This document shows positions 1 through 8,897 of a stretch of DNA of 64,000 bases, in pieces. Each line of letters begins with the position of its first letter. The stretch's first letter is position 1. The notes under the pieces are model-generated. The model was not told the origin of the DNA, did not search any database, and saw nothing but the letters and a program-made list of their open reading frames with translations. The position numbers were made by a program, and so were the translations under genes. The stretch comes from an uncultured Gemmatimonadaceae bacterium (lineage in GTDB: Bacteria; Gemmatimonadota; Gemmatimonadetes; Gemmatimonadales; GWC2-71-9). Location of the stretch: positions 312-64,311 of the forward strand of contig CAZTIV010000007.1 of assembly GCA_964613905.1 (NCBI GenBank). Direction: 5' to 3'.

Positions 1-457
1 CCGCATCCCTGCCCATGACGAGCGAGACGCCACTCAACACGTATTCGCGGCCGTCAGTCAAGCTCACCAGCCTGCCGCCGGTCGAAGCCGTGGCGGCGCG
101 CTGGGCGGAAGGTTTCGCCGCCTGCTGCATCAGCCCCGGGCTGACCGCCTGAACGTACTGCGTGCTGCCGCTGCGGCGCTCGTCCACGAAGAGCAGTTCC
201 TGACCCCCCAGCGCCACCTTGTCGCCGTGCAAGAGCGGCGTGGGTTGAGCTCCGAGGCGAACACCATTCACGGTCACTTCCGCGACCGCCTCGGCTACAC
301 GGATCGCCACCTGACCGTCCGCTGATGCCTGAAGCAGGGCATGCCGCGGCATGATACGTTCACCGGAAAGTCGGACCTGCGCAGCGGGATCGCTCCCCAC
401 CACGCTTTCTCCCGCCGGAATGGCGTGCCGGCGTCCACCGACTTCCAGGTATGACAT
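1..457 (-). CDS. FHA domain-containing protein (N-terminal part; gene runs off the left edge)
   Basis: Absent from the ORF track because it is open at the window edge. My minus-strand translation from the ATG at 457 reads MSYLEVGGRRHAIPAGESVVGSDPAAQVRLSGERIMPRHALLQASADGQVAIRV...NGVRLGAQPTPLLHGDKVALGGQELLFVDE, an FHA-like pattern. A second similar unit then begins (GRLVSLTDGREYVLSGVSLVMGRDA). Confidence 0.6.
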   Translation of the reverse strand, partial: MSYLEVGGRRHAIPAGESVVGSDPAAQVRLSGERIMPRHALLQASADGQVAIRVAEAVAEVTVNGVRLGAQPTPLLHGDKVALGGQELLFVDERRSGSTQYVQAVSPGLMQQAAKPSAQRAATASTGGRLVSLTDGREYVLSGVSLVMGRDA

Positions 458-528
458 GGGATGTTCCCTTTGATACAAGGCCCGAAGTGAAAAAGGTAGC
501 GGACCCGAGGGGCCCTTGCAACCAGCCC

Positions 529-1602
529 CTATTCATCCAGTTGCAGGGATTCCCCCCGGGCATCGGCTTCCTTGAGCCAACGCCAGAACACGATGGACCC
601 GAACCCTATCGTCAGATAGCACAGCACTATTCGCCAGAGCAGAATGTATGAAGGCGTGAGTTCGCGTGGTACGTAGATGGACATGACTGCTGCCGACAGG
701 ATCTCCGCGAGCCCGGACCCTCCGGGAGTAGGAGCGAAATACAGCAGAAAGGATATCAGGGTCTGCAGCAGAAGCACATCCACGAAGGGTGCCTGGATGT
801 CGAGCATTCTGAGGACCACGTACCCTGCCATCAGTTTGTTCGCGTGCGCCGCCGCCGACAGAACAACCGCCAGCGTCAGCGCCCAAACCCCGCGGCCCCT
901 GGCAAAAGTGACCAATGCCGCGTGCGCCCGGTCAATGCCCTCCTCCATCCTCCCTATTTTCGACGCCCATGAGGCCCTTCCCGACCGGCTGAACAGACCC
1001 ACCAGCCGCCGCGCGATCCACCGTGCAACACCGGGGAAGATCATCATGAACAGCATCAGCAACCCGATACCGACGAAACCGCCGAGGCTCAGGCGGAACA
1101 GGTCGTAAAGGGTGAGGGTCTGGCCGATCACACCGTGCTGCTCCAGCGAGCGACCCGCCCCCAACGCTATTGCCACCGGACCCGCTATGGCAAAGAAGAC
1201 CACTGTGGCCACAAAGCTCATCAACCCTGACACCACGGCTTCGGGCAGAGGCGTACCGTAACGCTTGAGCACGTAGATCATCATGGGCCCGCCACCGGTC
1301 TGCGAGGGCGTGAGGTAACTGGCCCAGGTGTTGAGACCTCCCGCCAGAATCGCGCCCTTGAGAGTCTGCGTCGGATACACGTGCCTGGTGAGCACCCAGA
1401 GACGGAGCCCGCCGCCGAACCAGTCCAGCGAGGCCAACACCACCCCAACCAGAACCCAGCCGATCTTCAGGGACATCATCGCGTCGAGGAAACGCTCGGG
1501 ATTGCTGCCGTAGAAGAGCAGCCCTATGAAACCGATCAGGGAGATCGCGGCGAATACTTCCAGGCCGCGGCGGATCAGGCGCGGAGCGCCGTGGATGGCC
1601 AT
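529..1602 (-). CDS. Polytopic membrane protein, UPF0104/flippase-like (lysyl-PG synthase TM-region family)
   Basis: ORF 529..1785. About 8 hydrophobic segments with Gly/Pro-rich loops (TPSQTGGGPMMIY, APTPGGSGLAEI). Start placed at the internal ATG 1602 (MAIHGAPRLIRRG) to avoid overlapping the divergent uvrA. Confidence 0.6.
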   Translation of the reverse strand: MAIHGAPRLIRRGLEVFAAISLIGFIGLLFYGSNPERFLDAMMSLKIGWVLVGVVLASLDWFGGGLRLWVLTRHVYPTQTLKGAILAGGLNTWASYLTPSQTGGGPMMIYVLKRYGTPLPEAVVSGLMSFVATVVFFAIAGPVAIALGAGRSLEQHGVIGQTLTLYDLFRLSLGGFVGIGLLMLFMMIFPGVARWIARRLVGLFSRSGRASWASKIGRMEEGIDRAHAALVTFARGRGVWALTLAVVLSAAAHANKLMAGYVVLRMLDIQAPFVDVLLLQTLISFLLYFAPTPGGSGLAEILSAAVMSIYVPRELTPSYILLWRIVLCYLTIGFGSIVFWRWLKEADARGESLQLDE

Positions 1603-1669
1603 TACGCGCAGGCAACCTAGGGCCGGATGGGCGTCCGCGTCAACGTGCGGAGGCGATATACTTCGGTCT

Positions 1670-4480
1670 ATGCCCGCTTCGGCCATAGTGGTCCGCAACG
1701 CCTCGCAGCACAACCTCAAGGATGTGACCGTCGAGATCCCCCGGCGGGCCCTGACCGTCGTTACGGGACCCTCGGGCTCAGGCAAGAGTTCGCTCGCGTT
1801 CGATACCCTCTACGCGGAAGGCCAGCGGCGGTACGTGGAGTCTCTCTCCACGTATGCCAAGCAGTTTCTCGACCGCATGCCCAAACCGGCGGTGGAGCGC
1901 ATCGATGGTATCTCGCCCGCCGTGGCCATCGAGCAGAAGAACCCTGCTACCTCCAGCCGCTCGACCGTCGGCACGGCAACGGAGATCTACGACTACCTGC
2001 GGCTGCTTTGGGCCCGGGTGGGCCGGTCACATTGCCATCGGTGCGGCAATCCTGTCCGGGTCGATTCCCCGAGCACCGCCGCAGCCGCGGTGCTCGCGCG
2101 AAAGACGGGGGAGGACGTAATGGTCACGTTCCCCCTGCCCCAGTCGGCCCGCACCAGTCACGACCTGATCCTCGAGAGCCTTCAGGCAATGGGCTTCGCG
2201 CGTGTACGGCTGAACGGAACGGTCTACCGCCTGGACGCGCTCCCGCCAAAGATGCGACTTGATGCGGAAGGCATGCAGGTAGTGGTTGACCGACTGAAGG
2301 CGACGCCCGAGCAGCGTGCGCGGCTCAGCGATTCCATTGCGCTGGCATTCGCTGAAGGTGAGGGTACGGCACATGTGACGGCGGGATCGGAATCGATCGG
2401 GTTTTCGCAACGGCCCCGATGCACCGGCTGCGGCGAGCCGGCGCCACGACTCGCCCCGGTCCTCTTCTCGTTCAACAGCCCGGCCGGGGCGTGTCCGGGC
2501 TGCAACGGTTTCGGTGCCGTACTCGAGTACGACGATTCACTCATAGTACCCGACCCCGAGCGCACCCTGGCGGAAGGTGCCATCGACCCCTGGACCAAAC
2601 CGCGCTACGGCAACAAGCGGCGACTGCTGAAGGACACTGCCGAGCGCCTGAACATCCCCCTGGAACGCCCATGGGGGTCACTGAAGGCCACCGACCGGCG
2701 GCTGCTCCTGTACGGCAAGAGCCGACGCTACGTGGGCGTGTTCCCGTTTCTGCGCGCGCTTGAGCGGAAGCGATACAAGCAGTACGTACGGGTCTTCCTG
2801 AGACAGTATCAGAAGGCCCAGCCCTGCCCCGCCTGCGCCGGTGGGCGGCTGCGTCCCGAAGCGCTCGCCGTCCTGGTTGGCGGAGAATCGATCGGAAACG
2901 TGGCCGGTTACTCGGCGGACCGGTTGGGCGACTGGATCGCATCCCTTGAACTGGGCGGCATGGAGCAGGAGATCGCGGCCACCATTCTCCGCGAACTCAC
3001 ATCGCGGGTGGCGTTCCTGCGGGACGTGGGGCTCGGCTATCTCACTCTCGACCGGCAAACCAGAACATTATCGGGCGGCGAAGCGCAGCGCATCGCGCTG
3101 GCCAACGCACTCGGCTCGAGTCTGGTCGACACCCTGTACGTCCTGGACGAGCCATCCATAGGACTTCATCCCCGCGACATCGGCCGGTTGCTTGATCTCC
3201 TGAAGCGCCTGCGCGCTGCGGGCAACACGATTGTGGTGGTGGAGCATGACCCGGCAGCGATACGTGCTGCCGATTTCATGATCGAATTGGGCCCCGGCAG
3301 CGGCGAGGAGGGGGGCAGGGTCGTCTTCGCGGGACCCATCAACCGGGCGGGCAGCACATTGACGGGGCGGTACCTGAGCGGCGACCTGACCATTCCGGCC
3401 CCGGAGGCGCACCGCGAGGCGGGTCCGCGCTGGCTCACGATCCGGGGCGCCACCCTGCACAACCTCAAGGATGTCGACCTCGCCATCCCGCTGGGCACGC
3501 TCACGGCGGTAGCCGGTGTGTCCGGATCCGGGAAGTCGACGCTGGTGCACGACGTGCTGTATCGGCGGCTTGCCGAACAACTGCGCGGTTCGCACGGAGC
3601 CAAGGAACACCTGGGAGAACCGGTCGGAGAAGTGGCTGGGTTGTTCGGTTGGGAGCAGCTGGAGGATGTGGTTCTGGTCGACCAATCACCCATCGGAAGG
3701 ACTCCAAGATCCAACCCCGTGACGTACGTACGAGCGTTCGATGAGATCCGCGCCCTCTTTGCCGACCAGCCTATTGCCCGCGCGCGCGGCTACACGCCGG
3801 AGACCTTCAGCTTCAACGCCGCGCGCGGCGGGCGCTGCCGCGCGTGTGAAGGTGCCGGGCACATTCAGGTGGAAATGGTCTTCATGGCCGACGTGTTCCA
3901 CCCGTGTGAATCGTGCAGTGGCACCCGCTACGAGAGAGACGTGCTGGAGGTACGCATCAAGGGCATGTCGATCGCGGACGTATTGACGCTCACTGTTGAC
4001 CAGGCAATCGCCCGGTTCCGCCACCAGCCCAGACTGGGCAAGGCGCTGTGGCACCTTCAGCAGGTGGGACTCGGTTACCTGCGACTCGGCCAACCCGCCA
4101 CCACATTGTCAGGCGGCGAGGCGCAGAGACTCAAGATCGCCCGGCGCTTCGCCGCGCCCACCCGTTCCCGTGGCCGGGTCCTCTACATCCTGGACGAACC
4201 CACCACCGGCCTGCATCTGGACGACGTGCGTACACTTCTCAAGGTGCTGGACCGGTTGGTGGATGCAGGACACACAGTGGTCGTCATCGAACACCACCTC
4301 GATATCATCAAGTGCGCAGACTGGGTGATCGAGCTCGGCCCGGAAGGCGGAGACGCCGGTGGCAGAATCGTGGCCACAGGCCCTCCTGAATCCATAGTGG
4401 CGGCGGGAACGCACACCGGGCGGTTCCTCAAGCAGGTCATGCAGCCGACGGCAGTTGAATCCGTGGCTTCGCCCGGTTAG
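1670..4480 (+). CDS. uvrA: Excinuclease ABC subunit A
   Basis: ORF 1526..4480. From ATG 1670 it reads MPASAIVVRNASQHNLKDVTVEIPRRALTVVTGPSGSGKSSLAFDTLYAEGQRRYVESLS. Two ABC ATPase modules (GPSGSGKS, GVSGSGKS; LSGGE signatures) and zinc-finger Cys clusters. Confidence 0.97.
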   Translation: MPASAIVVRNASQHNLKDVTVEIPRRALTVVTGPSGSGKSSLAFDTLYAEGQRRYVESLSTYAKQFLDRMPKPAVERIDGISPAVAIEQKNPATSSRSTVGTATEIYDYLRLLWARVGRSHCHRCGNPVRVDSPSTAAAAVLARKTGEDVMVTFPLPQSARTSHDLILESLQAMGFARVRLNGTVYRLDALPPKMRLDAEGMQVVVDRLKATPEQRARLSDSIALAFAEGEGTAHVTAGSESIGFSQRPRCTGCGEPAPRLAPVLFSFNSPAGACPGCNGFGAVLEYDDSLIVPDPERTLAEGAIDPWTKPRYGNKRRLLKDTAERLNIPLERPWGSLKATDRRLLLYGKSRRYVGVFPFLRALERKRYKQYVRVFLRQYQKAQPCPACAGGRLRPEALAVLVGGESIGNVAGYSADRLGDWIASLELGGMEQEIAATILRELTSRVAFLRDVGLGYLTLDRQTRTLSGGEAQRIALANALGSSLVDTLYVLDEPSIGLHPRDIGRLLDLLKRLRAAGNTIVVVEHDPAAIRAADFMIELGPGSGEEGGRVVFAGPINRAGSTLTGRYLSGDLTIPAPEAHREAGPRWLTIRGATLHNLKDVDLAIPLGTLTAVAGVSGSGKSTLVHDVLYRRLAEQLRGSHGAKEHLGEPVGEVAGLFGWEQLEDVVLVDQSPIGRTPRSNPVTYVRAFDEIRALFADQPIARARGYTPETFSFNAARGGRCRACEGAGHIQVEMVFMADVFHPCESCSGTRYERDVLEVRIKGMSIADVLTLTVDQAIARFRHQPRLGKALWHLQQVGLGYLRLGQPATTLSGGEAQRLKIARRFAAPTRSRGRVLYILDEPTTGLHLDDVRTLLKVLDRLVDAGHTVVVIEHHLDIIKCADWVIELGPEGGDAGGRIVATGPPESIVAAGTHTGRFLKQVMQPTAVESVASPG

Positions 4481-4509
4481 ACTCGGAAGCGCGACGTTGC
4501 GGTCGCCTT

Positions 4510-4582
4510 TCCCGAGTAGCTCAGCTGGTAGAGCAGCCGGCTGTTAACCGGCGGGTCGGGGGTTCGAGTCCCTCCTCGGGAG
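4510..4582 (+). tRNA. tRNA-Asn (anticodon GTT)
   Basis: Hand-folded 73-nt cloverleaf: acceptor TCCCGAG/CTCGGGA, D arm GCTC/GAGC, anticodon loop CTGTTAA, T arm GGGGG-TTCGAGT-CCCTC, discriminator G. No encoded CCA. Confidence 0.9.
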
Positions 4583-4598
4583 TTGGAGTAAAACAGTT

Positions 4599-4643
4599 GG
4601 CGGTTGGCGGTCGGCAGTCGTTAACCGCCAGCCGCCAACCGCC
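4599..4643. terminator. Hairpin between tRNA-Asn and convergent hsp20 (probable terminator)
   Basis: Perfect 12-bp arms GGCGGTTGGCGG (4599-4610) and CCGCCAACCGCC (4632-4643). On the minus strand the stem is followed by AACTGTTTT. Confidence 0.55.
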
Positions 4644-4666
4644 TTCCGTTCTGCCGGCTCGTTTAC

Positions 4667-5152
4667 CTACTTGCTCTGAATCTGCGCAGCCTGGCCGGCC
4701 TGAATCTCCACGCGCCGCGGCCGAGCTGTTTCTGCCTTGGGCAGCGTTAGGGTCAGCACACCGTGCGCATAGACGGCGTTCACGCGATCGGCGTCCACGC
4801 TGCGAGGCAGCGTGAAGACCCGCTCGAAGCGACCGTAACGCCGCTCGATGACGTGATAGCTCGCCTCCTCATTGCCCTCTGTCACCTCGTGCTTCTTGTC
4901 GCCCGAAATCGTCAGCACGCCGTTCTCGACGTTCACCTCCACCTCTTCCGGATTGAGACCGGGCAGCTCCACCATTACGCGGAACGCGTCGTTGGTCTCG
5001 CGCACATCCACGGGCGGCATCCAGACGGTGGCGGTCGGGCCGTTCGGCACGTTCAGCATACGGTCGAACAGCCGGTCGAACTCACGACGGTTGCTGAAGA
5101 CCTCATCCCACAGCGACGGGGTGCTCGTCCTCCAAAGCGTCGGGTACACCAT
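4667..5152 (-). CDS. Hsp20/alpha-crystallin family small heat-shock protein
   Basis: C-terminal 161 aa of ORF 4667..5677. It reads MVYPTLWR...VDVRETNDAFRVMVELPGLNPEEVEVNVENGVLTISGDKK...YGRFERVFTLPRSVDADRVNAVYAHGVLTLTLPK. GAGGAGG Shine-Dalgarno lies 5 nt upstream of ATG 5152. Confidence 0.92.
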   Translation of the reverse strand: MVYPTLWRTSTPSLWDEVFSNRREFDRLFDRMLNVPNGPTATVWMPPVDVRETNDAFRVMVELPGLNPEEVEVNVENGVLTISGDKKHEVTEGNEEASYHVIERRYGRFERVFTLPRSVDADRVNAVYAHGVLTLTLPKAETARPRRVEIQAGQAAQIQSK

Positions 5153-5250
5153 GTGAACCTCCTCTGTGCTCTGTTGCGTCAAACGGTTGCGTATGTTGAA
5201 CCCCGGACCGGAATGCTTCGACGCCATATCGGCCGGCCTGCCCCCTTGTA

Positions 5251-5268
5251 AAGCAGGTCCGGTGCCAG
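5251..5268 (-). promoter_or_regulatory. Candidate sigma-54 (-24/-12) promoter upstream of hsp20
   Basis: The minus strand reads cTGGCACcggacCTGCTt against consensus YTGGCACGrNNNTTGCW. The GG and GC dinucleotides have the correct 10-nt offset, about 100 nt upstream of the hsp20 ATG. Confidence 0.4.
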
Positions 5269-5408
5269 ATCTCCCGGTCAAAATTGCAGAGGTTATCTGC
5301 CTATGTAGTAACGGGTTAAGCCGATTTGACCGACCGCATGCGGGCCAGCTATCTTGAGCCCGTTTCCCACCTCCATTGGCAGCCACTTCCAGACCGGGAC
5401 TTTGCCCA

Positions 5409-6755
5409 ATGACACGTTCAGTCCTTGCAGCCGCCACCCTGATCGCCGCCGCTATCCAGCAACCCGCCCTTTCGCAGGAGCGTCCGTTCGGAACCCTGCG
5501 CGAACAGGCTGCCATCCAGCAAGGCTGGCTCCAGGAACGGCTCGAAACGGTGCTGCCCCGCGTGATGCGCGAGCACGGGGTGGACATGTGGATCATATCC
5601 ATGCGCGAATACAACGAAGACCCGGTCTTCCCCGCGCTGGTGAGCCCCACCACTTTCGCAGCACGCCGGCGCACCATCTACATGTTCTTTGACCGCGGCG
5701 AACCCGCGGGAGTGGAGCGGCTGGCACTGGGAGGCACTTCGCAGGGGGGCCTCTACCAGGCGCTGAGGGAGGCCGCGCCGGCCCCGGACGGCCAGCCCGG
5801 CGAACTCTGGGGAGCCGGTCAGTGGGATCTGTTCGCCCGGATCGTGCGCGAGCGGGTTCCGCGGACCATAGCCGTCAACATTTCCCACGACCACAACTTT
5901 GCGGATGGCCTGAGCGCGGGAGAGTGGGAACAGATGCAGGCCGCCCTGGGCGCCGAGCTCCTCTCACGCGTGGTACGTCGCGAGCGGCTGGCTATCGATT
6001 ACCTATCCCTCCGTACGCCGAGCATGCTTCCGACGTACCGCCGCATGCAGGAAGTGGCACATGAGATCATTGCAACGGCGTTCTCCAACGCGGTCATAAC
6101 CCCGGGAGTAACCACTACCCAGGACGTGGTGTGGTGGATGCGCCAGCGCGTGAACGACCTGGGGCTCGATACCTGGTTCCAGCCGTCGGTTTCGATCCAG
6201 CGCCGTGGAGTGGACATGACCGACTCGATAGCCCCGGTCATCCGCAGGGGAGACGTGCTGCATACTGACTTCGGGATCAAGGCCCTCAGGCTTACCACGG
6301 ACACTCAGCACATGGGTTACGTGCTGCGAGAGGGAGAGACCGAACCGCCTGCAGGGATCCGGCGTGCGCTGGCCACCAGTAACCGCCTGCAGGACATTCT
6401 GCTGGCGGAGATGCGCTCCGGCCGCACGGGTAACGAGGTTCTCCATGCGGCCCTGGCTCAGATGCGCCGAGAGGGAATAGACGGGACCATCTACACTCAT
6501 CCGATAGGAGATCACGGCCACGGAGCGGGACCGTTGATAGGCCGGTGGGACAACCAGGCCGGCGTTCCCGGACGGGGGGACGTCCCACTGCTGGCCGGCA
6601 CCTGGCACTCTATCGAACTGCAGGCCACCGTACCCGTCCCTGAATGGGACGGCCAGCAGGTCAGGTCGATGCAGGAGGAAGAGGCCGAATTGGGGTTCGA
6701 CGACCAGATGCGTTGGGTCCTGAAGCGGCAGACCGAATTCCACCTTGTCAGGTGA
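5409..6755 (+). CDS. M24 family metallopeptidase (Xaa-Pro aminopeptidase-like), secreted
   Basis: ORF 5376..6755. Signal peptide MTRSVLAAATLIAAAIQQPALSQ. Pita-bread-like C-terminal half (GDVLHTDFG..., HPIGDHGHGAGP, SIELQ). Confidence 0.75.
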   Translation: MTRSVLAAATLIAAAIQQPALSQERPFGTLREQAAIQQGWLQERLETVLPRVMREHGVDMWIISMREYNEDPVFPALVSPTTFAARRRTIYMFFDRGEPAGVERLALGGTSQGGLYQALREAAPAPDGQPGELWGAGQWDLFARIVRERVPRTIAVNISHDHNFADGLSAGEWEQMQAALGAELLSRVVRRERLAIDYLSLRTPSMLPTYRRMQEVAHEIIATAFSNAVITPGVTTTQDVVWWMRQRVNDLGLDTWFQPSVSIQRRGVDMTDSIAPVIRRGDVLHTDFGIKALRLTTDTQHMGYVLREGETEPPAGIRRALATSNRLQDILLAEMRSGRTGNEVLHAALAQMRREGIDGTIYTHPIGDHGHGAGPLIGRWDNQAGVPGRGDVPLLAGTWHSIELQATVPVPEWDGQQVRSMQEEEAELGFDDQMRWVLKRQTEFHLVR

Positions 6756-6872
6756 TGGTGCCGGTAACTCCTGGGCTCGGCCCGTTACCTGTGGCCCTCC
6801 CGGGGAGTCATTACGGCAACAGGCCGGGCTGAGTAACGCCGGGCCTGAACGCCACCAAGGAGGAAGAAGCTG

Positions 6873-7562
6873 ATGCGTACCGTTTCGATGTCCCCTGCAA
6901 CCGGACTCGCAGCCCTGATCCTTGCTGCGCTGGTGTCGGGTGCGTGTAGCGAGAGTCTGAGTTCCCGGGTGGGATTCGTGGAAGTAAGCATGAGCCAACT
7001 GGACGAAGCCGGTCTGATGGACGGCACCGCGCTGCTCGTCAGCGTGGACGGCGAAACCTCGGCGATCTCCAAAGATACCGTGGAATCGTTGATTGTGACC
7101 GTCACGGAGCTCCGATTCCTGAGAAATGAGGAGTCAGATGAGGAGAATGAAAACGGTTGGGTAACGCTCCTGCTCGACGATCCGATCGACCTGGACCTTA
7201 TGGCACTGCCGGCTGAGGGCGATTCACCCCTCGTAATAGCGGGCGGCGCCGTTCTGGAGGGTGACTACCGCATGGTCCGGCTGATCGTGGACGGTGGCAC
7301 CGTCACGCTGAAAGGGCCAATCACTCTGGGTGCCTCGCCCATCACGTTCGAAGGCGGCGTGGCCCACCCGCTGATGGTCCCCTCCGGCCCGCAGACCGGC
7401 ATCAAGACCGACGCCACGTTCAGCGTCCTGCCGGCGGACGAGGAGGAAGATCCGGCCGACGTGCATCTGCTATTCGATGCCGACGCCACGTTTGCGAACC
7501 TGACGGTGACGGGTAACGGTCTGTTCATAATGGCCCCGGTGTTCCGCGCACCGGCAAACTGA
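6873..7562 (+). CDS. Lipoprotein, DUF4382-like
   Basis: Lipobox LVSGAC. GGAGGA RBS upstream. The segment DDPIDLDLMALPAEGDSPLVIAGGAVLEGDYRMVRLIV looks typical of that family. Confidence 0.5.
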   Translation: MRTVSMSPATGLAALILAALVSGACSESLSSRVGFVEVSMSQLDEAGLMDGTALLVSVDGETSAISKDTVESLIVTVTELRFLRNEESDEENENGWVTLLLDDPIDLDLMALPAEGDSPLVIAGGAVLEGDYRMVRLIVDGGTVTLKGPITLGASPITFEGGVAHPLMVPSGPQTGIKTDATFSVLPADEEEDPADVHLLFDADATFANLTVTGNGLFIMAPVFRAPAN

Positions 7563-7588
7563 CGCAGCAGATCGTCGTTGGAGATCCG

Positions 7589-7625
7589 GGTCCGTCGCGG
7601 CTGCACCCGCGACGGACCTCTTTGC
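7589..7625 (+). terminator. Rho-independent terminator after the DUF4382-like gene
   Basis: Perfect 12-bp stem GGTCCGTCGCGG / CCGCGACGGACC, loop CTGCAC, followed by TCTTTG. Confidence 0.75.
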
Positions 7626-7832
7626 CGCAATGTTACCCCAACCGAATCAAGGCGATAATAAGTGCGTGCTCACTTGTTCAGGTCAAATGACATAAAGTGA
7701 GCGCTCACAACTTTTAAAGTGACAATTCCTGGCTCGACTGGCCAACAGTCATCAAACTGTAATGTCATGCTAATCAAAGACTTATCCTGAAACACCTACC
7801 TCCATGACACGGTTCTTGGTAGATTTAAGGCC
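7626..7832. promoter_or_regulatory. AT-rich non-coding island with palindromic AAGTGAG-type sites upstream of holB
   Basis: My hand count gives 78 G+C in 180 nt (7621-7800), about 43 percent, against GC-rich flanks. No ORF of 60 aa or more. AAGTGCGTGCTCACTT at 7660-7675, perfect palindrome GTGAGCGCTCAC at 7697-7708, half site AAGTGAC at 7717-7723. Confidence 0.5.
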
Positions 7833-8897
7833 GTGACTCTACCCCCAGTTTTCGGGCACGAAGCCCTGCTTGACCGGCTGGAGGCCGCCATCGCCTCCGG
7901 CCGGTTCCCGCAGGTAGTCATGCTGGCCGGGCCGGCGGGTGTTGGTAAGCAGCGGATAGCGCTCAGGGTGGCCCAGGCACTCCTGTGCAGCGTCGCGCAG
8001 GCTGGACCGTGCGGCGGTTGCGAGGATTGCCGACTCGCCCAGGGGCTCGCGCACCCGGACCTGCACTGGTTTGTGCCGGTGCCACGGCCCAAGGCCCAGG
8101 ACTCGGCCAAACAGGTGGAAGAGGTCCGTGAGCTTCTGGGCGAAGCAGTGGCCGAGCGGCGCAGCCAGCCGCTCTACCAGCGGCCGGACGGTACCCATGG
8201 CCACTGGCTGGCCTCAGTTCGCCTGCTGCAGCGGGTCGCGTCCCTGACGCCGTTCAGGGCGCGGCGCAAGATCATTCTGCTGGGAGACGCAGAGCGGCTG
8301 GTTGTTCAGGAAGCGAGTCAGGAGGCGGCCAACGCACTGCTCAAGGTTCTCGAGGAGCCGCCCGCAGACACGGTAATGTTACTTACCGTGGCCGAACCGC
8401 AGGCACTGCTACCGACCATCCGTTCGCGCGTGGTGCCGATCCGCGTAGGCCGGGTAACCGATGCCGCGGTCCGGGACTTCCTGACGTCGGTTCCCGAACC
8501 GCACCTGGATACGGCCACCGTGAACCGGCGCGTCGCCTTGGCAAACGGTGTCATTGGCCGAGTCGTGTGGGGTGACGATCAGGCCACCGCTAAGGCTGAG
8601 GAGGAGGCCGGTCGATTCCTGGCCTCAGTGGACCAGGGTGCCGGCGCCTGGGCAGAACGTGCGCTCGCGCAGACACCTTGGGCAGCCCGGGGGGCGTACG
8701 CCGATATGCTGGACCAGTTGGCGGTGCAGCTTGGCAGGAACCTGGCAGACGACTCGCGCGGAGGTAACGTGCCTCGTGCCAGGGCACGGGCGGCCCAACT
8801 CCGCGCCGTCGAGTCGGCTCGAGCTGAAGTGCGCGGTAACGTGAACCCGCAGCTTACTCTGGCAGCGCTGGCACTGGAACTCGAGCGCCTGACATGA
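7833..8897 (+). CDS. holB: DNA polymerase III subunit delta-prime
   Basis: GTG start. VFGHEALLDRLEAAIASGRFPQVVMLAGPAGVGKQRIALRVAQALLC, Cys cluster CGGCEDC, HPDLHWF, LKVLEEPP. Confidence 0.85.
   Translation: MTLPPVFGHEALLDRLEAAIASGRFPQVVMLAGPAGVGKQRIALRVAQALLCSVAQAGPCGGCEDCRLAQGLAHPDLHWFVPVPRPKAQDSAKQVEEVRELLGEAVAERRSQPLYQRPDGTHGHWLASVRLLQRVASLTPFRARRKIILLGDAERLVVQEASQEAANALLKVLEEPPADTVMLLTVAEPQALLPTIRSRVVPIRVGRVTDAAVRDFLTSVPEPHLDTATVNRRVALANGVIGRVVWGDDQATAKAEEEAGRFLASVDQGAGAWAERALAQTPWAARGAYADMLDQLAVQLGRNLADDSRGGNVPRARARAAQLRAVESARAEVRGNVNPQLTLAALALELERLT

Noticed and set aside
1603-1669. SOS/LexA box upstream of uvrA
   Set aside because: I could recognise no CTGT-N8-ACAG, GAAC-N4-GTTC or other known LexA-type palindrome in the 67-bp divergent region.
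4480-4700. tRNA-Asn, and tRNA-Lys at 13718-13790, as integration hot spots for genomic islands
   Set aside because: I found no integrase, no direct repeat of a tRNA 3' end and no compositionally foreign block adjacent to either tRNA.
5153-5677. N-terminal 175-aa extension of the hsp20 ORF (336 aa in the track)
   Set aside because: The extension is low-complexity and would run across the divergent promoter region. A strong GGAGG RBS precedes the internal ATG at 5152 that gives a normal-length Hsp20.
6763-6789. Inverted GGTAAC ... GTTACC pair upstream of the DUF4382-like gene as another Pho box
   Set aside because: It is an inverted rather than direct arrangement, with a 15-nt gap between the two hexamers and only one copy of each. 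I use it as a caveat on hexamer specificity rather than as a site.
7781-7789. TTATCCTGA as a DnaA box, with the AT-rich island as a replication origin
   Set aside because: It is a single imperfect box with two mismatches to TTATCCACA. There is no cluster and no dnaA/dnaN context.
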